Assembly: GCF_030683065.1 (NCBI RefSeq)
Contig: NZ_JAUXMX010000034.1
Span: 2,385-66,384 of the forward strand
Source: Pseudomonas sp.
GTDB lineage: Bacteria; Pseudomonadota; Gammaproteobacteria; Pseudomonadales; Pseudomonadaceae
Length of the DNA: 64,000 nt
Direction of reading: 5' to 3'
A program made the position numbers and the translations under genes. Shown piece after piece: positions 48,665 to 60,865 of this stretch (within the stretch, counting starts at the first letter, position 1; each line of letters starts with the position of its first letter). The notes beneath the pieces are model-generated. The model ran no database searches, was not told the DNA's origin, and saw nothing but the letters and a program-made list of their open reading frames with translations.

Positions 48665-49848
48665 GCCCGCTGCAGCAGATTACAGTGCTGGGTGCGACAG
48701 GCTCGATTGGCCTGAGTACCTTGGACGTGATCGCCAGGCACCCTGCGCGCTACCAGGTATTTGCCCTGTCCGGCTACAGTCGCCTGGCTGAGCTGCAAGC
48801 GCTGTGTGTGCTGTATCGGCCACGCTACGCCGTGGTGCCTGATGAGCGCTCAGCGCGTCATTTGCAGGGCGATTTGCATGCGGCGGGCCTGGCAACGCGG
48901 GTGCTGTTCGGTGAGCGGGGCCTGTGCGAGGTGGCTGCGCATCCCGAGGTGGATGCGGTGATGGCGGCTATCGTCGGTGCGGCAGGGCTCAAGCCAACGC
49001 TGGCGGCAGTCGAAGCGGGCAAGAAGGTTTTGCTGGCCAACAAGGAAGCGCTGGTGATGTCCGGCGCATTATTTATCGATGCTGTGCGACGCAGCGGCGC
49101 GGTTTTGCTGCCCATCGACAGTGAACACAATGCGATCTTTCAGTGCTTGCCTGGTGATTATGCGCGTGGCTTGGCGCAGGTGGGTGTGCGGCGGATCTTA
49201 CTGACTGCGTCCGGTGGGCCGTTCCGCGAGACACCGCTGGAACAGTTGCATGAGGTAACTCCCGAGCAGGCCTGCGCTCATCCCAACTGGTCGATGGGGC
49301 GCAAGATCTCGGTGGATTCGGCGAGCATGATGAACAAAGGCCTCGAGTTGATCGAGGTTTGCTGGCTATTCGACGCCAAGCCCGCGCAGGTCGAGGTGGT
49401 GATCCATCCGCAGAGCGTGATCCATTCGCTGGTCGATTATGTCGACGGTTCGGTGTTGGCGCAGCTGGGTAACCCTGACATGCGCACGCCGATCAGTCAT
49501 GCATTGGCCTGGCCGCAGCGCATTGACTCGGGTGTGGCGCCGCTGGATCTGTTTGCTATCGCTCGCCTGGACTTCCAAGCGCCAGACGAACAGCGTTTCC
49601 CTTGCCTGCGTCTGGCTCGTCAGGCGGCAGAGGCGGGTGGTAGTGTGCCGGCCATTCTCAATGCTGCCAATGAAGTCGCCGTTGCGGCCTTTCTTGATCG
49701 GCGGATTCGCTTTCCTGAAATCGCGAGTATCATTGACGCCGTGCTGAACGCCGAGCCAGGCGTTGCGGTCGATAGTGTAGAAGCAGTCCTGGCGGCAGAT
49801 CGGCGGGCGCGTGAGCTAGCCGGGCAATGGTTGAGTCGTCGTGGTTAG
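48661..49848 (+). CDS. dxr: 1-deoxy-D-xylulose 5-phosphate reductoisomerase
   Basis: GTG 48661 (GTGA overlap with the cdsA stop) gives (M)[16 protein letters not shown]. The track start at 48637 lies inside cdsA. Confidence 0.93.
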   Translation: MSPLQQITVLGATGSIGLSTLDVIARHPARYQVFALSGYSRLAELQALCVLYRPRYAVVPDERSARHLQGDLHAAGLATRVLFGERGLCEVAAHPEVDAVMAAIVGAAGLKPTLAAVEAGKKVLLANKEALVMSGALFIDAVRRSGAVLLPIDSEHNAIFQCLPGDYARGLAQVGVRRILLTASGGPFRETPLEQLHEVTPEQACAHPNWSMGRKISVDSASMMNKGLELIEVCWLFDAKPAQVEVVIHPQSVIHSLVDYVDGSVLAQLGNPDMRTPISHALAWPQRIDSGVAPLDLFAIARLDFQAPDEQRFPCLRLARQAAEAGGSVPAILNAANEVAVAAFLDRRIRFPEIASIIDAVLNAEPGVAVDSVEAVLAADRRARELAGQWLSRRG

Positions 49849-49905
49849 AGCACTGACGCGGTTGTTTATTTGCTGCGAGTACACCCCCCGTCTCGGAGAC
49901 GCTAG

Positions 49906-51258
49906 ATGAGTGCGCTGTATATGATTGTCGGTACCCTGATTGCACTGGGGGTGCTGGTTACCTTTCACGAGTTTGGTCACTTCTGGGTCGCGCGTCGCTG
50001 TGGGGTCAAGGTTCTGCGTTTCTCGGTGGGCTTCGGAACACCACTGGTGCGTTGGCATGATCGTCAGGGCACTGAGTTTGTCATCGCCGCGATTCCCTTG
50101 GGCGGCTACGTCAAGATGCTCGACGAGCGCGAAGGTGATGTGCCACCCGAGCAGTTTGATCAGTCGTTCAATCGAAAGAGCGTGCGTCAGCGTATTGCCA
50201 TCGTGGCTGCGGGGCCGATTGCGAATTTCCTGCTAGCGCTGGTTTTTTTCTGGGCGGTGGCGATGCTCGGCAGTCAGCAGGTGCGTCCGGTCATCGGAGC
50301 GGTACAGGTCGGTAGCTTGGCTGCGGAAGCTGGCTTGCAGGCTGGCCAGGAAATTGTCGCGGTCAATGGCGCGCCGACCACAGGCTGGGCGGCGGTTAAT
50401 CTGCAGTTGGTGCGACGCCTGGGTGAAACGGGCACTTTGAATATCAATGTTCGCGACGAGGGCTCTACTGCCGACAGTCCGCGACAAATCGTGTTGAAAG
50501 ATTGGCTCAGGGGCGCCGATGAGCCCAACCCGATCGATGCGCTTGGCATTCGCCCCTGGCGCCCGGCGCTGTTGCCCGTACTTGCACAGCTCGATCCGAA
50601 AGGCCCGGCGCAAGCCGCCGGACTGCAAGTGGGTGATCGCTTGCTGATGCTCGACAACGAGCCGCTAAGCGAATGGCAGCAGCTGGTTGATCGCGTACAG
50701 GCCATGCCGGCGCAATCAATAACCCTGCTGGTCGAGCGTGACGGGCGGGATGTGCAGGTAGCGGTTAACCTCGCCGCCCGCGGCGAAGGCGAGGCCCGCA
50801 GTGGTTATCTGGGTGCTGGTGTCGAAGGTGTCGAGTGGCCAGCAGAGATGCTTCGCGAAGTCAGTTTTGGGCCGTTAGAGGCCGTGGTTGAGGGTTTCCG
50901 GCGCACCTGGTCGATGAGCTTGCTGACCCTTGATTCGCTAAAGAAAATGCTGTTTGGCGAGCTCTCGGTAAAAAACTTGAGCGGGCCGATAACCATTGCT
51001 AAAGTGGCGGGCGCTTCGGCCGAGTCGGGTTTAGGGGATTTTCTCAATTTCCTTGCCTACTTGAGCATAAGTCTGGGGGTTCTCAATTTGCTGCCAATCC
51101 CGGTTTTGGATGGTGGGCATCTGCTTTATTACCTGGTCGAGTGGGTGCGTGGTCGCCCACTGTCGGAACGGGTGCAAGGTTGGGGGATGCAGATTGGCAT
51201 CAGTTTGGTGATCGGGGTGATGTTACTGGCCTTGATCAACGACTTGGGTCGTCTGTAA
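49906..51258 (+). CDS. rseP: RIP zinc metalloprotease RseP (MucP in pseudomonads)
   Basis: 450 aa. HEFGH motif and PDZ domains. Confidence 0.95.
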   Translation: MSALYMIVGTLIALGVLVTFHEFGHFWVARRCGVKVLRFSVGFGTPLVRWHDRQGTEFVIAAIPLGGYVKMLDEREGDVPPEQFDQSFNRKSVRQRIAIVAAGPIANFLLALVFFWAVAMLGSQQVRPVIGAVQVGSLAAEAGLQAGQEIVAVNGAPTTGWAAVNLQLVRRLGETGTLNINVRDEGSTADSPRQIVLKDWLRGADEPNPIDALGIRPWRPALLPVLAQLDPKGPAQAAGLQVGDRLLMLDNEPLSEWQQLVDRVQAMPAQSITLLVERDGRDVQVAVNLAARGEGEARSGYLGAGVEGVEWPAEMLREVSFGPLEAVVEGFRRTWSMSLLTLDSLKKMLFGELSVKNLSGPITIAKVAGASAESGLGDFLNFLAYLSISLGVLNLLPIPVLDGGHLLYYLVEWVRGRPLSERVQGWGMQIGISLVIGVMLLALINDLGRL

Positions 51259-51348
51259 GCCGTTACTGAATTACAACGCTACTGAATTGCAAGGCTACCG
51301 CCTCAGGCGGCAGATCTTTTATCGTCAGTTGGAATAAGAAAGGACTTC

Positions 51349-53712
51349 ATGAAACGTCTGCTGCTACCTGCGGTGCTTGCCGCATTGATGATCGCCGAAG
51401 TTCACGCCGAGTCCTTCACCATCTCCGATATCCGCGTCAATGGCCTGCAGCGTGTGTCTGCGGGCAGCGTGTTCGGTGCCCTGCCGCTCAATGTTGGTGA
51501 AGAGGCTGATGACCGCTCGCTGGTGGAAGCCACTCGTGGTCTGTTTAAAACCGGCTTCTTCCAGGATATCCAGCTCGGTCGCGATGGTGACGTGTTGGTT
51601 ATTACCGTGGTTGAGCGGCCGTCGATTTCCGGCATAGAGATTGACGGTAACAAAGCCATCAGCAGCGAAGACCTGCTCAAAGGGCTGAACCAGTCCGGGT
51701 TGGCGGATGGCGAGATATTCCAGCGTGCGACCCTCGAGGGCGTGCGCAACGAACTGCAGCGTCAGTATGTGGCCCAGGGGCGCTATTCGGCTGAAATCGA
51801 AACCGAAGTGATTCCCCAGCCGCGCAACCGCGTAGCACTGAAGATCAATATCAACGAAGGCACGGTCGCGGCCATCCAGCACATCAACGTGGTGGGTAAC
51901 AGCGTCTTTGCTGACGAAGACCTGATCGATCTGTTCGAACTGAAGACCAGCAATTGGCTGTCGTTCTTCCGCAACGACGACAAGTACGCCCGCGAAAAGC
52001 TCTCCGGTGACTTGGAGCGCTTGCGTTCCTACTACCTGGATCGCGGCTACATCAATATGGATATTTCCTCTACTCAGGTGTCGATTACACCCGACAAGAA
52101 GCATGTCTATATCACCGTCAACGTCGACGAAGGCCAGAAGTACAGCGTGCGTGAGGTCAAACTATCCGGCGATTTGAAAGTGGCGGAAGATGACATTCGG
52201 TCATTGCTGCTGGTCAAAGAAGGCCAGGTGTTCTCGCGCAAGGTGATGACTACAACCTCCGAGCTGATTACCCGTCGTTTGGGTAACGAGGGCTACACCT
52301 TCGCCAACGTCAATGGTGTGCCGCAAGCCCATGATGAAGACAATACGGTGTCCATCACCTTTGTTGTCGATCCGGGCAAGCGGGCCTACGTCAATCGCGT
52401 CAATTTCCGTGGCAACACCAAGTCCGAAGACGAAGTGCTGCGCCGTGAAATGCGCCAGATTGAAGGCGGCTGGGCTTCGACTTACTTGATCGATCAGTCG
52501 AAAACTCGTCTGGAACGTTTGGGCTTCTTCAAGGAGGTCAACGTCGAGACTCCGCAGGTGCCGGGGACCGACGACCAGATCGATGTCAATTACAGCGTTG
52601 AAGAGCAGGCGTCTGGCTCGATCACGGCCAGCGTCGGTTTTGCCCAGAACGCCGGCTTGATCCTCGGCGGCTCGATCACCCAGAACAACTTCCTTGGTAC
52701 AGGCAACAAGGTCAGCGTCGGTTTGACTCGCAGTGAATACCAGGAACGCTACAACTTCGGTTTCGTTGACCCCTACTGGACCGCCGATGGCGTCAGCCTG
52801 GGTTACAACGCGTTCTATCGCACCACCGACTACGACGAGCTAGACACTGATGTTTCCAGCTATGCGGTAGACAGCTATGGGGTTGGCGCCAGCATCGGCT
52901 ACCCGATCAGCGATACATCGCGCCTGACTTACGGGCTGACCGTGCAGCAGGATGACATCAGCACCGGGGTTTATACGGTCGACGAGATCTTTGACTTCCT
53001 TGAGCAGGAAGGCGACAGCTACCTGAACCTTAAAGCCTCAGTTGGCTGGTCGGAGTCAACCCTCAATCGCGGCGTAATGGCCACCCGTGGTCACTCGCAG
53101 AGCCTGGTGCTCGAGACTACCGTGCCAGGTAGCGACCTGTCATTCTACAAGCTTGACTACCGTGGTCAGGTGTTCAAGCCGCTGAGCGACAGTTACAGCC
53201 TGCGCTTTCACACGCAGCTGGGTTATGGCGATAGTTATGGCTCGACTGAAGAGTTGCCGTTCTACGAGCACTACTATGCTGGCGGATTTGGTTCGGTACG
53301 CGGTTTTGAAGACAGCAGTCTGGGTCCTCGCAGCACGCCAAGCCGCGGCGCGGCAGTGACTGGTAATCAAGGAACCTTTGCTGACCCTGATCAAGATGCT
53401 CTTCCGTTCGGTGGTAACGTGCTGATTCAAGGCGGCGTGGAGCTGTTGTTCCCGATGCCGTTTGTGAAAGATCAGCGATCGCTGCGTACCGCGCTGTTCT
53501 GGGATGTGGGTAACGTATTCGATACCAGTTGCTCGTCCTCGTCGCCAAGTTGCAGTGGTATCGATGCCGGCGAGCTGGCAAGCTCCGTTGGTGTTGGCCT
53601 GACCTGGATCACCGCTCTGGGTCCATTGAGCTTCAGTCTGGCCATGCCGATCGTCAAGCCTGACGATGCCGACACCCAGGTATTCCAGTTTTCCCTCGGG
53701 CAGACGTTCTAA
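51349..53712 (+). CDS. bamA: outer-membrane protein assembly factor BamA
   Basis: 787 aa. Signal peptide, POTRA repeats, C-terminal beta-barrel ending in F. Confidence 0.96.
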   Translation: MKRLLLPAVLAALMIAEVHAESFTISDIRVNGLQRVSAGSVFGALPLNVGEEADDRSLVEATRGLFKTGFFQDIQLGRDGDVLVITVVERPSISGIEIDGNKAISSEDLLKGLNQSGLADGEIFQRATLEGVRNELQRQYVAQGRYSAEIETEVIPQPRNRVALKININEGTVAAIQHINVVGNSVFADEDLIDLFELKTSNWLSFFRNDDKYAREKLSGDLERLRSYYLDRGYINMDISSTQVSITPDKKHVYITVNVDEGQKYSVREVKLSGDLKVAEDDIRSLLLVKEGQVFSRKVMTTTSELITRRLGNEGYTFANVNGVPQAHDEDNTVSITFVVDPGKRAYVNRVNFRGNTKSEDEVLRREMRQIEGGWASTYLIDQSKTRLERLGFFKEVNVETPQVPGTDDQIDVNYSVEEQASGSITASVGFAQNAGLILGGSITQNNFLGTGNKVSVGLTRSEYQERYNFGFVDPYWTADGVSLGYNAFYRTTDYDELDTDVSSYAVDSYGVGASIGYPISDTSRLTYGLTVQQDDISTGVYTVDEIFDFLEQEGDSYLNLKASVGWSESTLNRGVMATRGHSQSLVLETTVPGSDLSFYKLDYRGQVFKPLSDSYSLRFHTQLGYGDSYGSTEELPFYEHYYAGGFGSVRGFEDSSLGPRSTPSRGAAVTGNQGTFADPDQDALPFGGNVLIQGGVELLFPMPFVKDQRSLRTALFWDVGNVFDTSCSSSSPSCSGIDAGELASSVGVGLTWITALGPLSFSLAMPIVKPDDADTQVFQFSLGQTF

Positions 53713-53759
53713 GCGTCTGATGACCGAACAACGACAACAGTTTTTGCAGGAGTTGTACC

Positions 53760-54263
53760 GTGCGTAAGTTGACTCATCTGGTTCTGTTAAGTGTGGCTCT
53801 GCTGGCGACACCAGCGTTTGCCGAAATGAAAGTAGCGGTTCTTAATTACCAAATGGCCTTGCTCGAGTCTGATGCAGCCAAGCGTTATGCGGTGGATGCC
53901 GAGAAAAAATTCGGTCCGCAGCTCAATAAGCTCAAAACCCTGGAGAGCGATGCCAAGCGCATTCAGGATCGCATCGTCAAAGATGGCGAAAAAATGCAGA
54001 CCGCCGAGCGTGAGCGACTGGAGCTTGAATTCAAGCAGAAAGCGCGTGACTTTCAGTTCCAGTCCAAAGAGCTGAACGAATCCAAGGCTGTGGCTGACCG
54101 CGAGATGCTGAAAAAGCTTAAGCCAAACCTGGACAAGGCCGTGGAAGAAGTAATCAAGAAAGGTAACTTCGACCTGGTGCTTGAGCGTGGTGCAGTGATT
54201 GATGTCAAACCACAGTTCGACATCACGCTGCAGGTTATCGAGCGCATGAATCAGCTGCGCTGA
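53760..54263 (+). CDS. skp: periplasmic chaperone Skp (OmpH)
   Basis: 167 aa. GTG start, signal peptide, coiled-coil-rich. Confidence 0.9.
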   Translation: MRKLTHLVLLSVALLATPAFAEMKVAVLNYQMALLESDAAKRYAVDAEKKFGPQLNKLKTLESDAKRIQDRIVKDGEKMQTAERERLELEFKQKARDFQFQSKELNESKAVADREMLKKLKPNLDKAVEEVIKKGNFDLVLERGAVIDVKPQFDITLQVIERMNQLR

Positions 54264-54265
54264 TT

Positions 54266-55324
54266 ATGCAGGCTTTGGCTTTTACCCTCGGCCAGTTGGC
54301 CGAACGCCTAGGCGCCACCGTGCGTGGCGCCTCTGAAAAAGTGGTCAGTGGTTTGGCTACCTTGCAGGAGGCTGGGCCTGATCAGCTGAGTTTTTTGGCT
54401 AATCCGCAGTATCGTAAATATCTGCCCGATTGCCGTGCCGGTGCGGTCTTGTTGACCGCTGCCGATGCCGAGAACTACAGCGGTAATGCCTTGCTTGTTG
54501 CTAATCCATACCTGGCTTATGCGCAGCTCTCGCACCTGTTCGATCGTAAGCCGCAGGCTGCTGTCGGTGTGCATCCGACCGCGCTGGTGGCGGACGATGC
54601 CCAGGTAGATGCGAGTGCCAGCATCGGCGCCTATGCGGTCATCGAGTCGGGGGCGAGTATTGATGCTGGCGTCACGATCGGTGCGCATTGCGTGATCGGT
54701 GCGCGCTCGGTGATCGGTGAGGGTGGCTGGCTGGCACCACGTGTCACCCTGTACCACGATGTGCGCATAGGCAAGCGTGTGGTGATCCAGTCAGGTGCTG
54801 TGATCGGCGGTGAGGGCTTCGGCTTTGCCAACCAGAAGGGCGTCTGGCAGAAGATTGCCCAGATCGGCGGTGTGGTTATCGGTGACGACGTTGAAGTCGG
54901 TGCCAACACCACGATCGACCGTGGTGCTTTGGCCGATACCCTGATTGGTAATGGGGTCAAGCTGGACAACCAGATCATGATCGCGCACAACGTGCAGATC
55001 GGCGATAACACGGCCATGGCTGGCTGTGCGGGTATCTCCGGCAGCACCAAAATCGGCAAGAATTGCATGATCGCTGGTGGCGTTGGCATGGTTGGCCATA
55101 TCGAGGTCTGTGATGGCGTATTCGTCACCGGCATGACCATGGTGACCCGTTCGATCACTGAGCCGGGTTCATATTCTTCCGGCACTGCCATGCAGCCTGC
55201 TGGCGAGTGGAGAAAGAGCGCGGCGCGCATTCGTCAGTTGGACGACATGGCGCGGCGACTGCAACAGTTGGAAAAACAACTGGTTGCAGTGACCTCCAGC
55301 GGAAATGCCTCATCTGATGCCTGA
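54266..55324 (+). CDS. lpxD: UDP-3-O-acylglucosamine N-acyltransferase
   Basis: 352 aa with hexapeptide repeats. Confidence 0.95.
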   Translation: MQALAFTLGQLAERLGATVRGASEKVVSGLATLQEAGPDQLSFLANPQYRKYLPDCRAGAVLLTAADAENYSGNALLVANPYLAYAQLSHLFDRKPQAAVGVHPTALVADDAQVDASASIGAYAVIESGASIDAGVTIGAHCVIGARSVIGEGGWLAPRVTLYHDVRIGKRVVIQSGAVIGGEGFGFANQKGVWQKIAQIGGVVIGDDVEVGANTTIDRGALADTLIGNGVKLDNQIMIAHNVQIGDNTAMAGCAGISGSTKIGKNCMIAGGVGMVGHIEVCDGVFVTGMTMVTRSITEPGSYSSGTAMQPAGEWRKSAARIRQLDDMARRLQQLEKQLVAVTSSGNASSDA

Positions 55325-55372
55325 GCGCGGCGATGCCGTGCTCCTCTCTTTTTATTACAGGCTTCTCTGGAC

Positions 55373-55813
55373 ATGATGGACATCAACGAAATACGTGAGT
55401 ACCTGCCGCATCGTTACCCGTTTCTGCTGGTTGATCGGGTAGTGGATCTGGATGTAGAGGGCAAGTGCATACGTGCCCACAAGAATGTCAGCATCAACGA
55501 GCCATTCTTTAACGGCCATTTCCCCCAGCATCCGATCATGCCAGGGGTGTTGATTATCGAGGCAATGGCTCAGGCGGCCGGCATTCTCGGTTTTAAGATG
55601 ATGGGCTTGAAACCTAGCGACGGAACACTGTATTACTTCGTCGGCTCGGATAAGCTGCGTTTTCGTCAGCCGGTGGTGCCGGGCGATCAATTGATTCTCG
55701 AAGCCCGGCACCTCAGCAACAAGCGCAGTATCTGGAAGTTCGAGTGCAAAGCCAGTGTCGACGGCAAGGAAGTATGTTCGGCTGAAATCATCTGTGCGGA
55801 ACGCAAACTATGA
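55373..55813 (+). CDS. fabZ: 3-hydroxyacyl-ACP dehydratase
   Basis: 146 aa. [11 protein letters not shown] motif. Confidence 0.96.
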   Translation: MMDINEIREYLPHRYPFLLVDRVVDLDVEGKCIRAHKNVSINEPFFNGHFPQHPIMPGVLIIEAMAQAAGILGFKMMGLKPSDGTLYYFVGSDKLRFRQPVVPGDQLILEARHLSNKRSIWKFECKASVDGKEVCSAEIICAERKL

Positions 55814-56586
55814 GTTTGATTGACCCTCGCGCCATCATCGATCCCTCCGCCAAGCTGGCCGACGATGTTGTCGTCGGCCCTTGGTCGATTATTGGGCCTG
55901 ATGTGGAAATAGGTGAGGGTTCAGTGCTTGGGCCTAATGTAATCATCAAAGGGCCAACCAGAATTGGTAAGCACAATCGGATCTATCAGTTTTCCTCGCT
56001 TGGCGAGGACACGCCTGATCGTAAGTACAAGGGTGAGCCGACGCGTCTGGTGATTGGTGATCACAACATCATCCGCGAAGGTGTCACCATGCACCGGGGC
56101 ACCATCCAGGATCGTGATGAAACCACTGTGGGCGACCACAACCTGATCATGGCTTATGCGCACATCGGTCATGACAGCGTAGTCGGCAATCACTGCATTC
56201 TGGTCAACAATGTCGCGCTGGCGGGCCATGTGCACATCGGCGACTGGGCGATTCTGTCCGGTTACACCCTGGTGCATCAGTTCTGCCATATCGGCGCCCA
56301 CAGCTTCGCTGGTATGGGCAGCGCGATTGGCAAGGATGTGCCTGCCTACGTCACGGTTTCCGGCAATCCTGCGGAAGCACGCAGCATGAATTTCGAAGGC
56401 CTGCGCCGGCGCGGCTTCAGTGCCGAGGCGATTCAGGCGTTGCGCCGCGCCTACAAGACCGTATATCGCCAAGGCTTGACCATCGAAGAAGCCTTGGCAG
56501 ACCTGGCCGAGCCTTCCCTGCAGTTCCCTGAGGTCGCGGTGTTCCGCGACTCGATCCAGGCGTCCAATCGCGGCATCACCCGCTAG
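55810..56586 (+). CDS. lpxA: UDP-N-acetylglucosamine O-acyltransferase
   Basis: 258 aa with hexapeptide repeats. ATGA overlap with fabZ. Confidence 0.96.
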   Translation: MSLIDPRAIIDPSAKLADDVVVGPWSIIGPDVEIGEGSVLGPNVIIKGPTRIGKHNRIYQFSSLGEDTPDRKYKGEPTRLVIGDHNIIREGVTMHRGTIQDRDETTVGDHNLIMAYAHIGHDSVVGNHCILVNNVALAGHVHIGDWAILSGYTLVHQFCHIGAHSFAGMGSAIGKDVPAYVTVSGNPAEARSMNFEGLRRRGFSAEAIQALRRAYKTVYRQGLTIEEALADLAEPSLQFPEVAVFRDSIQASNRGITR

Positions 56587-56589
56587 CGT

Positions 56590-57723
56590 ATGGCGGATCT
56601 ATTGCGTGTCGCGCTGGTGGCTGGCGAAGCCTCTGGCGATATCCTCGGTGCTGGCCTGATGCAGGCCCTGAAGACCCGTTACCCGCAAGTCGAATTTATC
56701 GGCGTTGGCGGCCCGTTCATGCAGGCCGAGGGTCTCAATCCTTATTTCCCTATGGATCGTCTGGCGGTGATGGGGCTGGTCGAAGTACTCGGCCGGCTGC
56801 CGGAACTGCTCGCCCGACGCAGGCGCCTGATCAAGACCTTGATCGACGCCAAGCCGCATGTGTTTATCGGTATCGATGCGCCGGATTTCAACCTGGGTCT
56901 GGAGCTCAAGTTGCGTCGTGCCGGGATCAAGACCGTGCACTACGTCAGCCCCTCGGTCTGGGCCTGGCGGCAGAAGCGCGTGTTGAAAATTCGTGATGCC
57001 TGCGACCTGATGCTGACCCTGTTTCCATTCGAGGCGCAGTTCTACGACGCCCATCAGGTGCCAGTGCGCTTCGTCGGCCACCCATTGGCCGATGCGATTC
57101 CACCGCAGGCCGATCGTGCTAGTGCGCGCGAGGCCCTGGACTTGCCGCAAGCCGGCACCGTAGTGGCGTTGTTGCCGGGCAGTCGGGGTGGCGAGGTGGC
57201 GCGTCTGGGTGCGCTGTTTCTCGATACCGCGGTGCGCCTGCGTACCTTGCGTCCGGGTATTCGTTTCGTCATGCCGTGCGCCAGCCCGGAGCGTCGTGTG
57301 CAGCTTGAGCAGATGCTGGTCGGGCGTGACCTGCCCTTGACCCTGCTCGATGGCCGCTCCCACGATGCACTGGCAGCTTGTGATGCGGTATTGATCGCCT
57401 CGGGTACGGCTACCTTGGAAGCCTTGTTGTATAAGCGGCCAATGGTGGTGGCCTACAAGGTCGCGCCACTGACCTACCTGATTCTCAAGCGCCTGGTCAG
57501 CAGCGCTTATATCTCACTGCCGAATCTGTTGGCCCAGCGTCTGCTGGTTCCTGAGTTGATCCAGGATGCTGCAACCCCGGAGGCCCTGGCTCAGGCGTTG
57601 GCCCCGCTGCTCAATGACGGCGAAGTGCAGACCGAAGGTTTCGATGTGATTCATCGTGCCTTGCGTCGCGATGCTTCTGCTCAGGCGGCCGATGCCGTGC
57701 TCACGTTGATAGGGCAGGGTTGA
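56590..57723 (+). CDS. lpxB: lipid-A-disaccharide synthase
   Basis: 377 aa. N-terminal [12 protein letters not shown] motif. Confidence 0.95.
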   Translation: MADLLRVALVAGEASGDILGAGLMQALKTRYPQVEFIGVGGPFMQAEGLNPYFPMDRLAVMGLVEVLGRLPELLARRRRLIKTLIDAKPHVFIGIDAPDFNLGLELKLRRAGIKTVHYVSPSVWAWRQKRVLKIRDACDLMLTLFPFEAQFYDAHQVPVRFVGHPLADAIPPQADRASAREALDLPQAGTVVALLPGSRGGEVARLGALFLDTAVRLRTLRPGIRFVMPCASPERRVQLEQMLVGRDLPLTLLDGRSHDALAACDAVLIASGTATLEALLYKRPMVVAYKVAPLTYLILKRLVSSAYISLPNLLAQRLLVPELIQDAATPEALAQALAPLLNDGEVQTEGFDVIHRALRRDASAQAADAVLTLIGQG

Positions 57724-58334
57724 TGCAGTTGGGTCTGGATTTCAGTCATGTGCAGGAATTGGTTGCCGGTGTCGACGAGGTCGGTCGTGGTCCGCTATGC
57801 GGCGCCGTGGTAACCGCAGCGGTGATTCTCGATCCGCTGCGGCCGATTAAGGGGCTTAATGACTCGAAGAAGCTCAGCGCCGCGCGTCGTGAGCAACTCT
57901 TCGATGAAATCTGCGAGAAGGCCGTGGCCTGGTGTATTGCCCGCGCCGAAGTGGAGGAAATCGATCGTCTGAACATCCTTCACGCGACCATGCTGGCCAT
58001 GCAGCGTGCGGTCGAAGGGTTGTCTGTGGTGCCGCTGCTGGCGCTGATCGACGGCAACCGCTGCCCTGTCCTGCAGGTGCCAAGCGCAGCTGTAGTCAAG
58101 GGCGACAGCCAGGTCCCGGCGATTGCCGCTGCATCGATTCTGGCCAAGGTCAGTCGCGATCGTGAGATGCAGCTGCTTGATGCGCAATACCCCGGTTATG
58201 GTATTGCCGGGCACAAGGGGTATCCCACGCCGGTGCACCTGGAGGCACTGCGGCGCCTGGGTCCGACTCCGATTCACCGGCGCTCATTCGCGCCCGTGCG
58301 CGCATTGCTGGCCGAAAACCCTGAGCGCGGATAG
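57720..58334 (+). CDS. rnhB: ribonuclease HII
   Basis: 204 aa. [17 protein letters not shown] motif. Confidence 0.95.
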   Translation: MMQLGLDFSHVQELVAGVDEVGRGPLCGAVVTAAVILDPLRPIKGLNDSKKLSAARREQLFDEICEKAVAWCIARAEVEEIDRLNILHATMLAMQRAVEGLSVVPLLALIDGNRCPVLQVPSAAVVKGDSQVPAIAAASILAKVSRDREMQLLDAQYPGYGIAGHKGYPTPVHLEALRRLGPTPIHRRSFAPVRALLAENPERG

Positions 58335-58798
58335 AAAGCCGGGTACTGCCTGGATGCCGATCAATGCGATCGGAGTCATTGCGTTAAAGCGTGATTCTCT
58401 GAAATCAACTGCCCTGGCTTATTGATTCGGCGATCAACTCGCCCAGTTGCACGTGTGTCGGGTGCTGGCGGTGGATGACTCGAATGCAGCCTTGCACCGG
58501 ACGTATAATGCCACGCGTTGTCGGGTCATCGACGTCGTGTCGCTGCGCAAGAGCAGGGGTGCGATGGTAGGAATGAGGCGTTTGATCGACACGGCTCAGG
58601 CCATCAGCATTCTGCTTCGGACAATACAGTTCCCGCGATGAACAGCAGCTTGCCAGCTGACTGAGTTCGGCCTTGGACCGCGGCATGGGCCTCGGAAGGC
58701 CTCTCAAGCGTGCTGGCCACATTCTCCGTAGCTCTACTGATGAAGTGCCTGCAGCGTGCTGTCTGGAATGTCGATGCGACAAGTCCAATGGGTGACTA

Positions 58799-58831
58799 AT
58801 ACTTGACTAGAATGCTTGGTTATTGCATTGT
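58799..58831 (+). promoter_or_regulatory. IscR type-1-like operator overlapping a candidate sigma-70 promoter upstream of the Rrf2 pseudogene/suf operon
   Basis: ATACTTGACTAGAATGCTTGGTTAT (58799-58823) matches 20 of 25 positions of the type-1 IscR motif as I recall it (ATASYYGACTRWWWYAGTCRRSTAT). The left half matches perfectly. TTGACT (58803-58808), N17, CATTGT (58826-58831). Confidence 0.4.
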
Positions 58832-58862
58832 GCAGGCCTGTCCAGAAGGCTTGGAGCTGTTA

Positions 58863-59318
58863 ATGAGACTGACTACTAAAGACCGCTGTGTGCTGCCGGC
58901 AAGGCTCGATTTAGCCTTTCATGAGGGGCAAGCCCCCATTGCTTGTGCGCAAATTTACCGGCGCCAAGGCGTGTCTGGCTCATGTCTGGAGCAACTGTTT
59001 ACCGCGCTGCGCCGCCATCTGCGGGCTAACAGTGCTAACGGGCGCAGCGGTATAGTTTGCCGATTATCAGCTGGGGAGATGTGCCTACCCATCATGCGTG
59101 GTCGGTCCTGACTGACTGGCTACAGCCTGGCTGATGCAGTCAGTTGTAAGGATACCCAAGACGTCCACTTCCGTCAGGACCAATATGATGGAACCGCACC
59201 CCTGCCGGACAACAGTCTGGTACGCATTATTTTAAAACGGCCATTAGAGCCGCCTGATTCGTGCAGCACTGATACCTGGCGCCATCGGCCCTCGTACCGA
59301 GACTGCAGCCTGAACTGA
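58863..59318 (+). pseudogene. decayed Rrf2/IscR-family regulator gene
   Basis: MRLTTKDRCVLPARLDLAFHEGQAPIACAQIYRRQGVSGSCLEQLFTALRR aligns with the IscR N-terminus (MRLTSKGRYAVTAMLD...RQGISLSYLEQLF..LR). The GPGGGY wing is lost (NGRSGIVC). There is an in-frame TGA at 59109-59111. Downstream similarity (C.T..W) is patchy and appears in two frames with further stops. Confidence 0.65.
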
Positions 59319-59368
59319 CTTTGCTGCCAAGGGCCTTCGCCGCTTGGCTGCATGACTGAGGTGATACC

Positions 59369-60805
<1,437 letters not shown>

Positions 60806-60865
60806 CCTGAACACCTTACAGCGGCCTTGAATGCCCCCAATTCATGCAGATATCAGGCATTAAAT

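Noticed and set aside
58405-58788. 127-codon minus-strand ORF between rnhB and the Rrf2 pseudogene
   Set aside because: It starts at TTG. The first ATG gives a product rich in Arg, His, Ser and Pro. Neighbouring frames hold stop-interrupted fragments. It was judged to be decayed DNA rather than a gene.
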